Source of the DNA: Coriobacteriia bacterium
GTDB taxonomy: Bacteria > Actinomycetota > Coriobacteriia > Anaerosomatales > PHET01
Assembly: GCA_038202795.1 (NCBI GenBank)
Contig: JBBREQ010000003.1
Span: 1 to 48,336, forward strand
Reading direction: 5' to 3'
Length of the DNA: 48,336 nt
Of this stretch, positions 38,764 to 48,336 are shown piece by piece. Within the stretch, counting starts at the first letter, position 1. Each line of letters starts with the position of its first letter. Below the pieces are notes generated by a model. It did no database searches, had not been told where the DNA came from, and was given only the letters and a program-made list of their open reading frames with translations. The position numbers and the translations under genes were made by a program.

Positions 38764-41700
38764 GTGCACCTCACCTCGCTGATACTCAAGGGTTTCAAGT
38801 CGTTCGCGGACCGCAGCGTACTCTCGCTCGAGCCGGGCGTGACCGTTGTGGTCGGACCCAACGGTTCGGGCAAGTCCAACATCTCAGACGCAGTGCTGTG
38901 GGTGCTGGGCGAGCAGAGCGCCAAGTCGCTTCGCGGGCAGGCGATGGAGGATGTCATATTCGCGGGCTCCTCGGCACGCCAGCCGGTGGGTGTTGCCGAA
39001 GTGGATCTGGTCTTGGATAACTCCGACGGAACGCTTCCGCTCGAGTTCAGCGAAGTGACCATCACGCGACGCATGTATCGCTCGGGCGACAGCGAGTACC
39101 TCATCAACCAGGCGCCCGCCCGGCTCATGGACGTCCAGGACCTCTTGAGCGATTCTGGCCTGGGGCGCGACACACACTCCATCATCAGCCAAGGGCGACT
39201 CGACGAGGTGCTCAACTCGCGCGCTGAGGAGCGCAGGTCTCTGATCGAGGAGGCCGCCGGAGTCCTCAAACACAAGAAGCGCAAGGAGCGCGCGCTGCGA
39301 AAGCTGGCGGGCATGGAGACACACCTCGCTCGCGCACGCGACATATCGACTGAGATCGAGCGTCAGCTGCGACCCCTTGAGCGCCAAGCGACCAAGGCCG
39401 CCACACACACCGAGCTGGTCACAGGTCTTCGCGACGTTGAGGCGTCTCTAGCCGTTGACGACCTGCGTGCCCTTCAGGCGCAGTGGGACAAACTGTCCAA
39501 GGTCGAGAAGGAGTCTGATGCGGGGGTGGAGCTTGCGCGACTTCGGCTTGCCGAGAAGGAGGCCGAACTCGAGAAGTTTCAAACGTTGCTCGAGGAGAAG
39601 GGGCTGTTCGTTGGCGACCTCTCTGAGCAGCGCCGACGCATGCAGTCGATTCTCGAGCGTCTTGACGCGGGGCTGCTGCTTCTCGAGGAGAAGGGCAAGA
39701 ACCTTGTCGCGCGGCTCTCGGATCTGCGTGCGAAGGTGCACCAGGCCGACACGCGTTCCTCGTCTCGCGGCGGAGAGCTCGAAGTCCTGCGCGCTGAGCG
39801 CACCGAGACGGATGGCAGGCTCAAAGCGCTCTACGGCCAACTAGGCGAGCTGCGCAAAGAGGCCGAAGCCGGGCGGAAGGCCCGTATGGCGGCCGATGAC
39901 GAACTTGCCCGGTTGGGCGTTGAGCTCAGGCGATCGCGCAAATTGCTCGAAGACGACCGCATCGAGGCTTCAAAGGCCCAGCAGGTCCTGGCTGCCTCAT
40001 CGCTCGAACAGGAACTGCTCGCCGAACGTGGGCAGGTTGTTCGCGAACAGGGCCAGGCCGCTCAGGCGACGCTGTCTGCCCGACGCTCGCGCCTTGAGAC
40101 ACTGGGAGGACAGCTTTCCAAGGTCAAGCGCGAACTAGCCTTGGCGGACTCGGACGTCGACAAGCGAGTACGAGTGCTTGACTCGCGCAGACGCGAACTG
40201 GAGACCAAGCGAGAGTCCCTCGCCGGTGCTCGCGCGGAGGCCCGCGGACTTGAAGAGGTCGACCGGGCGTTCGCGACGGCCTCTCCCGCGCTTGCGTGGG
40301 CACTGAGCAAACAGAAGGAGATTCCGGGGATCATCGGGCCTCTGGCCGAGTCGGTCCGCGCGCCCGAGCGGTTCGAGGCGCTTGTTGAGCGTCTCTTGGG
40401 AGCGGACCTGTTCGGACTGCTCGTCGCCGACACGAGCACTGCACTTCGAGTCGCCAACCAACTCAACATGGAATCCCAGGGCGAGATAGCACTCATCCCG
40501 GTCGAAGGCATGCGAAGCGCAGATCAGAAGCAGCCTGCCGTCGGAGCGCGCCTGTTCGATGAGCTCGAATGCACGGGCGCGGTCCGCTCAGCTGTTGAAG
40601 CGCTGTTGGGAGATGTCTTCGTTGTGGCGACCATAGAAGAGGCCCTCTCAGCGTCGGCTTCTGACAAGACGGCCGCACGGTTCGTCACGCCCGATGGCGC
40701 TGTCGTGTGGCCCAACGGCAAGCTCACGTTGGGCACGCAAGTGGCCGACACCGAGGGGGTCCTCACACGCAAGCGCCGAATCAATGAACTCGCCGATGAG
40801 ATCGCTGCGCTGACCGCCCAGGTCGGGGAGGCCGAATCCGCGACCTCCGCTGCGGACGAGGCGCTGGCGCTCGCTCAGCAAGATGCGCTGGAACTCTCGC
40901 AGAGGATTGCCGCGCTCACGGGTGAGCATGACTCGCTACTCGCGGAAGTCGGTCGGCTGGAGGAGCAGCTCACTGCTTTCGAGAACGAGGCCGCCGGCGT
41001 TGAACGCCGAATCAACGACATAACCGACAAGACGGCGAAGCACCAACCGGCGATCGTCCAGATCACTGAGCGCATCACTGCCACCGCGCAGGAAATCGAG
41101 CGAATCGAAGAGGCCTCGGCGGTTTCGCGTGAGCAGCGTGATGCGCGCTTCCGCGAGGAGAGCGCGATCTCTGAGCGATTGAGCGGCTGTCAGGTCGACA
41201 TCGCGACCGTCTCGGAGCGCGAGGTTCACCTGAAGCGTCAGGTCAACACCATCGCCGCAGAGCTCAAGGAGCTTGAGGACACACTGAGGCTCTCCCGAGA
41301 TACCGAACAGTCCCTCGAGCTGTTGCGCGAACGGATCCAACCGCTTCACGCGAACTACGCGGTGTTGCAGGAGCGCGCGGATCAGCTGGCGGTCAAGTTG
41401 AGGGATCGGGCGCGCTTCGAACAGGCGGATTCTGAGTCGCTCAGGACCACGATCCATGACGCACAGGACGCGGTACGTGGGGCGCAGGCCGAGATCGACG
41501 AGAAGAATGAGTCGATGAGTGGGCTGCGTGTCGAGAAAGGACAGCTCGAGCTTCAGGTCAACCTCGCTGTGCGGCGGATCATCGAGGAGATCGGCATGTC
41601 ACTGGAGTCTGCACTTGCCAGTGAGCCTCTGGGCGACCGCGCCCAGGCCGAGGACCGGATGCATGCCTTGCGCAAACGGATCGCTAACCTAGGGCCGGTG

Positions 41701-42312
41701 AACCCCGTCGCGGTCGAGGAGTTTGACACGCTGCGCGCACGTCGCGACTTCATGCTTGCGCAGATCACGGACCTGGATTCTTCTCGGAAGGCCCTTCACA
41801 AGGTCGTCGCGGCAATCGATCGCAAGATGCGCGACCGCTTTCTTGAGACGTTCGAGCAGGTCGACAAGCACTTCCAGGAGATCTTCTCGGTGCTCTTTCC
41901 CGGAGGGACCGCCCAGTTGCAGCTCACCGCTCCGGATGACCCTGAGCTGACGGGTGTCGAGGTGATCGCCCAGCCCCGCGGCAAGAAGCTGGCCAAGATG
42001 TCGCTGATGTCGGGGGGCGAGAAGTCGCTGACGGCTTTGGCGCTCCTGTTCGCGGTCTACCGGACACGTCCGTGTCCCTTCTACATTCTCGACGAGGTTG
42101 AAGCAGCGCTCGACGACACAAACCTCCGCAGATTCGTGGCATTCACGGATTCGATGCGCACTCACACGCAGTTCATCGTGGTGACGCACCAGAGGCGCAC
42201 GATGGAGATGGCCGATGTCCTCTACGGCGTATCGATGCAGGCAGACGGTGTGAGCAAGGTGGTCAGTCAGAAGCTGGACAGAGCGCTTGATCATGCGGAA
42301 GCGACCACGTGA
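38764..42312 (+). CDS. smc: Chromosome segregation protein SMC
   Basis: LKGFKSF, GPNGSGKSN, coiled coils, hinge, MSGGEKS and LDEVEAALD. Confidence 0.97.
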   Translation: MHLTSLILKGFKSFADRSVLSLEPGVTVVVGPNGSGKSNISDAVLWVLGEQSAKSLRGQAMEDVIFAGSSARQPVGVAEVDLVLDNSDGTLPLEFSEVTITRRMYRSGDSEYLINQAPARLMDVQDLLSDSGLGRDTHSIISQGRLDEVLNSRAEERRSLIEEAAGVLKHKKRKERALRKLAGMETHLARARDISTEIERQLRPLERQATKAATHTELVTGLRDVEASLAVDDLRALQAQWDKLSKVEKESDAGVELARLRLAEKEAELEKFQTLLEEKGLFVGDLSEQRRRMQSILERLDAGLLLLEEKGKNLVARLSDLRAKVHQADTRSSSRGGELEVLRAERTETDGRLKALYGQLGELRKEAEAGRKARMAADDELARLGVELRRSRKLLEDDRIEASKAQQVLAASSLEQELLAERGQVVREQGQAAQATLSARRSRLETLGGQLSKVKRELALADSDVDKRVRVLDSRRRELETKRESLAGARAEARGLEEVDRAFATASPALAWALSKQKEIPGIIGPLAESVRAPERFEALVERLLGADLFGLLVADTSTALRVANQLNMESQGEIALIPVEGMRSADQKQPAVGARLFDELECTGAVRSAVEALLGDVFVVATIEEALSASASDKTAARFVTPDGAVVWPNGKLTLGTQVADTEGVLTRKRRINELADEIAALTAQVGEAESATSAADEALALAQQDALELSQRIAALTGEHDSLLAEVGRLEEQLTAFENEAAGVERRINDITDKTAKHQPAIVQITERITATAQEIERIEEASAVSREQRDARFREESAISERLSGCQVDIATVSEREVHLKRQVNTIAAELKELEDTLRLSRDTEQSLELLRERIQPLHANYAVLQERADQLAVKLRDRARFEQADSESLRTTIHDAQDAVRGAQAEIDEKNESMSGLRVEKGQLELQVNLAVRRIIEEIGMSLESALASEPLGDRAQAEDRMHALRKRIANLGPVNPVAVEEFDTLRARRDFMLAQITDLDSSRKALHKVVAAIDRKMRDRFLETFEQVDKHFQEIFSVLFPGGTAQLQLTAPDDPELTGVEVIAQPRGKKLAKMSLMSGGEKSLTALALLFAVYRTRPCPFYILDEVEAALDDTNLRRFVAFTDSMRTHTQFIVVTHQRRTMEMADVLYGVSMQADGVSKVVSQKLDRALDHAEATT

Positions 42313-43220
42313 GCACCCCGTGGTTCAGGCGGCTCGCAGACGGCCTTACCAAGAGCCGTGAGCGTCTGGGTGAACAGCTCAACGTGCTGCTCAACCGTGG
42401 TCCGGATCTGGACGAGGAGTTCTGGTCCGATCTGGAGGACGCACTGATCGGTGCAGATCTCGGCTTCACAGCCACGACCGAGATTGTCGGTCACTTGCGC
42501 GAGCAGGCCGCCCGCAAGGCCCTGCCGGATGCTGCAGCCGTTCTGGATCTGCTCGAAGAGCGGATTGCCGAGGAGTTCGTGTCCGGCGCAGACATCCTCG
42601 AAGAGTCCCCGGTAACGGTGCTCGTGGTCGGTATAAACGGCGCGGGCAAGACGACGTCGGTTGGAAAGATCGCCAAGCAGGCTGCGGACACTGGTCGCAA
42701 CGTGCTTCTCGGCAGTGCGGATACGTTTCGTGCCGCCGCTGCCGAACAACTCGATGTGTGGGCGCAACGTGCGGGCGTGGACGTCATTCGCAAGGACCGG
42801 GGCGCTGATCCGGCGTCGGTTGCGTTTGACTCTGTCGTCGCTGCGGAATCGCGTGGTGCCGATCTCACGCTCATCGACACGGCGGGACGGTTGCACACGT
42901 CGGCGGATCTTATGCGTGAGCTCCAGAAGGTGCAGAGGGTGACGGCGAGTCGCAGCCCGGGTCCGGTTCGAACACTTCTCGTGATGGACGCCACGACCGG
43001 CCAGAACGGTCTGGCCCAGGCGCGTGAGTTCAACTCGGCGATGGGTGTCGACGGCATCGTGCTCACGAAGCTCGACGGGACCGCAAAGGGTGGGATCGCG
43101 GTCGCCATCTCCCGTGAGCTGGGTATCCCGATCCTGCGCATCGGCGTGGGGGAGAGTATCGAGGACTTGCGCCCGTTTGACGCGCCGACATTCGCCCGCG
43201 CTCTGGTTCGCGGTGAGTGA
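42309..43220 (+). CDS. ftsY: SRP receptor FtsY
   Basis: GINGAGKTT, DTFRAAA, DTAGRL and TKLDGTAKGG. Confidence 0.97.
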   Translation: MSTPWFRRLADGLTKSRERLGEQLNVLLNRGPDLDEEFWSDLEDALIGADLGFTATTEIVGHLREQAARKALPDAAAVLDLLEERIAEEFVSGADILEESPVTVLVVGINGAGKTTSVGKIAKQAADTGRNVLLGSADTFRAAAAEQLDVWAQRAGVDVIRKDRGADPASVAFDSVVAAESRGADLTLIDTAGRLHTSADLMRELQKVQRVTASRSPGPVRTLLVMDATTGQNGLAQAREFNSAMGVDGIVLTKLDGTAKGGIAVAISRELGIPILRIGVGESIEDLRPFDAPTFARALVRGE

Positions 43221-43779
43221 CGATCTCTACATCGGGCCTACGCTTCTTGAGCCTGGCGCGCCCGCGACGGGCGACCGTCTGGCGCGCAAGCTGCTGATTC
43301 CGCTGATTGTGCTGCTTGCGGCGGTTATCCTGTTCTTCCAGATTCTCTTCGATGTCAGCGTCGTGCGAGGCGATTCGATGGAACCGACGCTCCGTGACGG
43401 CGATCGGCTGCTTCTGACCAAGTCGTACAGGGAACCCGCCGGGCGAGATATCGTGGTCCTAGAGGTCATCGGCGAGAGCGGAGAGCCCGAGGACCTGGTC
43501 AAGCGCGTGGTGGCTCTGGCGGGTGAAACCGTTGAGGTCCGTAAGGGAATCGCCCTGATCAACGGAGTGGTCGAACCGGCCGATTCGGTGCAGACGAGCG
43601 ATGACGACGGCACCTACAGCGACCCTGCGGTCGTCCCGGAGGGTCATGTCTACGTGCTCGGCGACAACCGGCCGGTGTCCCTGGACAGCCGCTATCTGGG
43701 TCCAATCCGCTTGCAGGCGGTGCGCGGTCGGGTTGTCTACATCTTCTCACCGCTCACGCGCGCCCGCACCTTTCGCTGA
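43213..43779 (+). CDS. lepB: Signal peptidase I (copy 1)
   Basis: TM helix, GDSMEPTL, LVKRVVA and GDNRPVSLDSR. Confidence 0.93.
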   Translation: MSDDLYIGPTLLEPGAPATGDRLARKLLIPLIVLLAAVILFFQILFDVSVVRGDSMEPTLRDGDRLLLTKSYREPAGRDIVVLEVIGESGEPEDLVKRVVALAGETVEVRKGIALINGVVEPADSVQTSDDDGTYSDPAVVPEGHVYVLGDNRPVSLDSRYLGPIRLQAVRGRVVYIFSPLTRARTFR

Positions 43780-43846
43780 TACACTGGCCGGTGCCGCGGC
43801 GCGTGCTTGCGCTCGGCATGTCGCCCACCGATGAAGGAACACCCGT

Positions 43847-45190
43847 ATGTTTGAGAACCTCTCAGATCGTCTCCAGAAGGTCTTTGCCGGACTGACCGGC
43901 AAGGGCCGACTCACGGAAGCGGATGTCGACGCCGCCATGCGAGAGATTCGTATGGCGCTGCTCGAAGCCGATGTCAACTTCAAGGTGGTCAAGGAGTTCG
44001 TCGCACGCGTGAAGGAACGTGCCGTCGGCGCTGACGTCATGAACTCGCTGACGCCCGGTCAGCAGGTCGTCAAGATCGTGCTCGACGAGATGGTGATTCT
44101 TCTGGGAGGCACCAGCAGCAAGTTGGTGCTGTCCGGACGCATCCCTAACGTCCTGATGCTGGTCGGCCTGCAAGGCTCAGGCAAGACCACTGCCACCGCC
44201 AAGCTCGCGTATCTGATGCGTAAGCAGGGGAAACGCCCGCTGATGGTCGCGTGCGACGTGTACCGTCCCGCCGCGATCGATCAGCTCGAGGCCCTGGGCC
44301 GCGAGATGGATATTCCGGTCTACCGAGGAGAGGGCACCGACCCTGTCGCAATCGCCAAGGCGGGGGTTCGCGCGGCCATCGATAGCCTGCGCGACATCGT
44401 CATCGTGGATACGGCCGGTCGCCTGCATGTCGACGAAGAGATGATGAACGAGGCTGCCGCCATCCGCGATGTCGTCAAACCGGACCAGATTCTCATGGTC
44501 GTCGACGCGATGACCGGCCAAGACGCAGTCAACGTGGCCGCCGCCTTCGCCGAGAAGGTCAATTTCGACGGTGTGATCATGAGCAAGCTGGACGGCGACG
44601 CGCGCGGCGGCGCCGCTCTGTCGATCCGCCAAGTCACGGGCAAGCCCATCAAGTTCACGTCGGCCGGAGAGAAACCCGAAACGTTCGAGGCGTTCCACCC
44701 GGACCGCATGGCGAAGCGGATTCTCGGCATGGGTGACGTGGTATCGCTGATCGAGAAGGCTCAGGAGGCGGCAGCTGACACCGAGATCGATGAGAAGACG
44801 GCGCAGCGCCTGAGCAAAGGCGACTTCACGCTGGACGACTTCCTGTCCCAGATATCGCAGGTTCGCAAGATGGGCGGGTTGGGCGGTGTTCTCAAGTCAT
44901 TGCCCGGTGCAGGGAAGCTCAAGGATCTCGAGGCCCAGGTTGATGAGCGTGAGCTGGACCGCACCGAAGCGATCATCCGCTCGATGACCCTGAAGGAGCG
45001 GGCCAATCCCAAGATCGTCAACGGCGCACGCAGGGAGCGGATTGCCCGAGGTGCAGGCGTGCACGTGAGCGATATCAACAGGCTGCTCAAGCAGTTTGCT
45101 GAAGCGCGCAAGATGATGAAGCAGATGCAGGCGATGCAGGGCAAAGGCCGTAAGCGCATGCGTTTTCCGGGGGGTTTCCCGGGAGCCTAG
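43847..45190 (+). CDS. ffh: Signal recognition particle protein
   Basis: GLQGSGKTT, DTAGRL, KLDGDARGG, RILGMGD and a Met-rich M domain. Confidence 0.98.
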   Translation: MFENLSDRLQKVFAGLTGKGRLTEADVDAAMREIRMALLEADVNFKVVKEFVARVKERAVGADVMNSLTPGQQVVKIVLDEMVILLGGTSSKLVLSGRIPNVLMLVGLQGSGKTTATAKLAYLMRKQGKRPLMVACDVYRPAAIDQLEALGREMDIPVYRGEGTDPVAIAKAGVRAAIDSLRDIVIVDTAGRLHVDEEMMNEAAAIRDVVKPDQILMVVDAMTGQDAVNVAAAFAEKVNFDGVIMSKLDGDARGGAALSIRQVTGKPIKFTSAGEKPETFEAFHPDRMAKRILGMGDVVSLIEKAQEAAADTEIDEKTAQRLSKGDFTLDDFLSQISQVRKMGGLGGVLKSLPGAGKLKDLEAQVDERELDRTEAIIRSMTLKERANPKIVNGARRERIARGAGVHVSDINRLLKQFAEARKMMKQMQAMQGKGRKRMRFPGGFPGA

Positions 45191-45232
45191 GGCCCGATCC
45201 CTCGGGCGCTACAAACGCCCGGTGCCGTGTCT

Positions 45233-45261
45233 TTGACCACAGAGGGCACCTGCCGTATCAT
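45233..45261 (+). promoter_or_regulatory. Housekeeping sigma promoter for the rpsP operon
   Basis: TTGACC-N17-TATCAT. Confidence 0.7.
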
Positions 45262-45327
45262 GGACAACCGCTTTGCTCGAAAGGAGCGGCCGCATGGTGC
45301 GGCCGCCTTGTCCGGAGGTGAAATTCG

Positions 45328-45801
45328 TTGGCAGTCAAGATCCGCTTGGCGCGTCACGGTGCCAAGAAGGCGCCGTTCTACCGCATCGTCGTTGCCGACG
45401 GTCGTGCGCGTCGCGATGGCCGATTCATCGAGATGCTCGGCCGCTACAATCCCCGCACCACGCCGTCGACCGTCGAGGTCGATGTTGAGAAGGTCGATGC
45501 TTGGGTCGCCAAGGGCGCCCAGATGACCGAGACGGTCGAGAAGTTGGTCGCGATCGCTCGCGGCGAGAAGACCGCGCCTGTTGAGGCGGCCAAGCCCTCG
45601 AAGAAGTCCGTCGCGAAGGTCGCCGCTGACGCGAAGGCTGCCGAGAAGGCCGCTGCTGACGCGAAGGAGGCTGCCGAGAAGGCCGCCGCTGACGCGAAGG
45701 AGGCTGCCGCGGCTGCCAAGGCTGCCGCTGAGGCTCCTGCCGAAGAGGTCGCCGAGGAGGCTCCCGCAAAGGAGTCGCCCGAAGCTGCCGAAGCTGAGTA
45801 G
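45328..45801 (+). CDS. rpsP: 30S ribosomal protein S16 with Ala/Lys/Glu-rich C-terminal tail
   Basis: [23 protein letters not shown]...RDGRFIE..G.YNP; TTG start after GGAGGTG. Confidence 0.97.
   Translation: MAVKIRLARHGAKKAPFYRIVVADGRARRDGRFIEMLGRYNPRTTPSTVEVDVEKVDAWVAKGAQMTETVEKLVAIARGEKTAPVEAAKPSKKSVAKVAADAKAAEKAAADAKEAAEKAAADAKEAAAAAKAAAEAPAEEVAEEAPAKESPEAAEAE
45622..45708 (+). repeat. In-frame tandem repeat (30/33 bp, about 2.7 copies) in the rpsP tail
   Basis: GCCGCTGACGCGAAG(GAG)GCTGCCGAGAAGGCC units encoding AADAK(E)AAEKA. Confidence 0.85.
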
Positions 45802-45813
45802 CGGACTGATCAC

Positions 45814-46065
45814 GTGACCCGAACCGGCGCAGATACCGAGGCACTCGTCCGCTATCTCGTGGAGTCACTTGTAGACGTCCCGGAAAGCGTCGTCATCGAC
45901 GTGACCGAGACCGATGCCTCCGTGATGTACAGCATTGCGCTCGATCCCACCGATGTGGGCAAGGTCATCGGTCGCGGTGGCCGGATCATCAAAGCGATCC
46001 GCACGTTGGTGCGTGCAGCCGGCAGTACCGGAGATCGTTCGGTCGAGGTCGACGTCGTCGGCTGA
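45814..46065 (+). CDS. khpA: KH-domain RNA-binding protein KhpA
   Basis: DVGKVIGRGGRIIKAIRT; conserved rpsP-khpA-rimM order. Confidence 0.92.
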   Translation: MTRTGADTEALVRYLVESLVDVPESVVIDVTETDASVMYSIALDPTDVGKVIGRGGRIIKAIRTLVRAAGSTGDRSVEVDVVG

Positions 46066-46072
46066 CGTCCAG

Positions 46073-46600
46073 ATGGATAGCGAGCGGTTTGCGCGTATCG
46101 GTCGCGTCACCAGAACACATGGACTTAAAGGGGAGGTCTTGGTGGTATCTGCCACCGAGACCCCTCTGTCTGTTCTGGCGGGATGTGAGGTCTGGCTCGT
46201 TCCCCCGCCAACGGGCGTCAGAACCGCCATTCTCACGTCCGCGCGAATGGTCCCCAAGGGGACACTTCTCACATTGAGCGGGGTTACCGACATCGACACC
46301 GCCCGCGCACTTGTCGGCCGCGACCTGCTCGTGGACTCCTCGGCGCTCCCATCGGACTTCTTCGTCGCCGAGCCTGCGGCGGAGGGCTTCGACGGCTTCT
46401 CCGTCTACGATGACACTCACGGCGACTTGGGCACGATCGTTGAGACTATCGAGACCGGAGCCAACGACGTGTGGGTTCTTGCGGGCCCACTGGGCGAGAT
46501 CCTCGTACCGGTCATAGAGCAGGTCGTGCTTGAAATCGATCTAGAGAGGTCCACCATCAAAGTCGAACTACTCGCAGGGCTGTTGGACGAAGCGGAGTGA
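46073..46600 (+). CDS. rimM: Ribosome maturation factor RimM
   Basis: IGRVTRTHGLKGEV, ETGANDVWV and EILVPVI. Confidence 0.93.
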   Translation: MDSERFARIGRVTRTHGLKGEVLVVSATETPLSVLAGCEVWLVPPPTGVRTAILTSARMVPKGTLLTLSGVTDIDTARALVGRDLLVDSSALPSDFFVAEPAAEGFDGFSVYDDTHGDLGTIVETIETGANDVWVLAGPLGEILVPVIEQVVLEIDLERSTIKVELLAGLLDEAE

Positions 46601-47358
46601 TCGTGCGAATCGACGTTGTCACCATCTTCCCCGGCATGTTCGACGCGGTGCTTGACGCCTCGATAATCGGCATCGCACAGCAACGAGGACTGCTCTCAGT
46701 GGCCTGCCATGACTTGCGCGATTGGACGCACGATCGTCACCGCACCACCGACGACGAGCCCTACGGTGGTGGCCCGGGCATGATCATGAAGCCCGAGCCT
46801 CTCTTCGAGGCGGTCGAGTCCCTGCAACACGCTGCCCAGAAGCCCGCGCGAGTGGTGTTCTTCACACCCGCGGGAGTGCCCCTGACGCAGGCGCTCGTGG
46901 AGGAACTTGCCACAGACGAGCGGCTCATCTTGGTATGCGGTCGGTATGAAGGATTCGATGAGCGCGCGCTTTCGCTTGCGGATCTGGAACTCTCCATGGG
47001 GGATTACGTTCTCACGGGCGGCGAGCTACCCGCCATGGTCACCATCGACGCGGTCGCTCGACTCCTTCCGGGCGTGTTGGGCGATGAGGCGAGTTCGCAA
47101 GACGAGTCCTTCTCGGAGGGGCTGCTCGAGTATCCGCAGTACACGCGCCCCGCCGTCTACCGAGACCTCGAAGTTCCGCAGGTGCTGCGCAGCGGCGATC
47201 ATGGGCGGATAGCGCGCTGGCGTCGTGAGCAGTCCCTGATCCGCACCGCCCGGGTTCGCCCGGAGCTTCTGATGCATGCGAACCTCTCGGAGGCGGAGCT
47301 CGAGATGCTCGATAAAGAAGACAGGCCCTCATCGACTGAGGTCACAGGTGCACGGTGA
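46597..47358 (+). CDS. trmD: tRNA (guanine37-N1)-methyltransferase
   Basis: DDEPYGGGPGM, CGRYEGFDER, GDYVLTGGE and LEYPQYTRP; start 46597 or 46603. Confidence 0.97.
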   Translation: MIVRIDVVTIFPGMFDAVLDASIIGIAQQRGLLSVACHDLRDWTHDRHRTTDDEPYGGGPGMIMKPEPLFEAVESLQHAAQKPARVVFFTPAGVPLTQALVEELATDERLILVCGRYEGFDERALSLADLELSMGDYVLTGGELPAMVTIDAVARLLPGVLGDEASSQDESFSEGLLEYPQYTRPAVYRDLEVPQVLRSGDHGRIARWRREQSLIRTARVRPELLMHANLSEAELEMLDKEDRPSSTEVTGAR

Positions 47359-47900
47359 GCGCTGAGAACGGACGCCCATCAACCACACGGTGGCTGATCG
47401 AAACGGTGGTTCTCATCGTGGCCGCGGTTCTGGTCGCCCAAGGCATCAAGACCCTGGTAGTACAGCCGTTCGTGATCCCAACGGGCTCGATGATACCCAC
47501 GATCGAGATCGGCAACCGCGTACTGGCCGAGAAGCTCACCTTCCGGTTCGGCCGCAACCCGCAGCCCGGTGACATCGTGGTGTTCGATGACCCCAACGGT
47601 CAGCATCCTCAACTGATCAAGCGCGTTATCGCAGTTGAAGGTCAGACCGTTGATCTGCGCGACGATGGGGTGGCGGTGGACGGGCGCCTGCTCGTCGAGC
47701 CCTACACCTATGCCAAGCCGACTACCACCGGGTCCGTGCCGCTGCCTGTCGTCGTCCCTGCGGGTCAAGTGTGGCTCATGGGGGACAATCGTCCGGAGAG
47801 CGGCGACTCCCGCTACTTCGGTCCGGTGCGCTTGAACACTGTTCGCGGCCGCGCCTTTTGGACATACTGGCCTCTTGGGGCCTTTGGCCGTCTCGACTGA
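47355..47900 (+). CDS. lepB: Signal peptidase I (copy 2)
   Basis: IPTGSMIPT, LIKRVIA and GDNRPESGDSR. Confidence 0.94.
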   Translation: MSAENGRPSTTRWLIETVVLIVAAVLVAQGIKTLVVQPFVIPTGSMIPTIEIGNRVLAEKLTFRFGRNPQPGDIVVFDDPNGQHPQLIKRVIAVEGQTVDLRDDGVAVDGRLLVEPYTYAKPTTTGSVPLPVVVPAGQVWLMGDNRPESGDSRYFGPVRLNTVRGRAFWTYWPLGAFGRLD

Positions 47901-47925
47901 CTTGCTCGGAGAATACGGAGGCACC

Positions 47926-48336
47926 ATGTCTTTGGGTTTGAGTAGCGGATCGGACACTGCTTCGGAGGTTTCGACACTTCGGTGGCTGGTCGAGACCGCC
48001 CTGCTGGTTCTTCTGGCCTTCGCACTGGCCCAAGGAATCAAGACGTATTTGGTCCAGGCGTTCGTGATTCCTTCGGGCTCGATGATTCCAACGATCCAAG
48101 AGGGTGATCGGGTATTTGCCGAGAAGATCAGCTACCGATTCCTGCGGGGCCCGGCGGCACTCGACGTCGTCGTCTTCGACAACCCGGAGTACGACCCTGC
48201 AGACCCCAGCATGTCTCCGCCCATTCTCATCAAGCGCGTGATCGCCGTTGAGGGCCAGAGCGTCGACCTGAGAGACGGGCAGGTGTTCGTAGACGGTGAG
48301 CTGCTGGACGAACCGTACACCCATGGCAAGCCTACC
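47926..48336 (+). CDS. lepB: Signal peptidase I (copy 3), 3'-truncated by window edge; absent from the ORF track
   Basis: Manual translation MSLGLSSGS...RWLVETALLVLLAFALAQGIKTYLVQAFVIPSGSMIPTIQEGDRVFAEK...ILIKRVIAVEGQSVDL; RBS GGAGG. Confidence 0.92.
   Translation, partial: MSLGLSSGSDTASEVSTLRWLVETALLVLLAFALAQGIKTYLVQAFVIPSGSMIPTIQEGDRVFAEKISYRFLRGPAALDVVVFDNPEYDPADPSMSPPILIKRVIAVEGQSVDLRDGQVFVDGELLDEPYTHGKPT

Noticed and set aside
45262-45314. Possible three-way-junction RNA (GGACAA/UUGUCC closing two hairpins) before rpsP, as SRP RNA or a ribosomal-protein leader
   Set aside because: No SRP domain IV motif (CAGG...GGAA...AGCAG). The closing 5' strand lies between the -10 box and the likely start site, so it is probably not transcribed. 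Cannot be supported without covariation.

Overview
High-GC bacterial chromosome segment that is mostly core genome. Protein sequences and gene order suggest a deep-branching actinobacterium, probably Coriobacteriia-like (inference). From left to right: a truncated ChlD-like vWA chelatase subunit; a ~1300-aa repetitive Ig/FN3 surface protein; a minus-strand translation cluster (rnpB, glnS, tRNA-Glu, tRNA-Gln, gltX); a SAM-I riboswitch with metK-priA-def-fmt-rsmB-glpX; an accessory block (FmdB zinc ribbon, PASTA/pseudo-amidase, coiled-coil M23 peptidase, TPP-like riboswitch with thiT-thiN, GAF/HD-GYP); and a long Firmicute-like superoperon (rpmB, asp23-fakA-fakB-recG-rsmD-coaD-sepIVA-like-yceD-rpmF-plsX-fabH-fabK-fabD-fabG-acpP-FabX-like-fabF-rnc-smc-ftsY-lepB-ffh-rpsP-khpA-rimM-trmD-lepB-lepB). 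I saw no mobile elements, CRISPR arrays or rRNA. The strongest leads are: (1) a TPP-riboswitch variant that keeps the pyrimidine-binding half but has lost the pyrophosphate-pocket consensus, upstream of thiT-thiN; (2) a membrane PASTA protein with a catalytically dead amidase domain, translationally coupled to an intact M23 peptidase; (3) GlnRS next to a tRNA-Gln with an A1-U72 pair; (4) an Fe-S FabX-like flavoprotein inside the fab operon; (5) a SAM-I aptamer with an inserted hairpin. All calls come from motif recognition only; no database searches were run.
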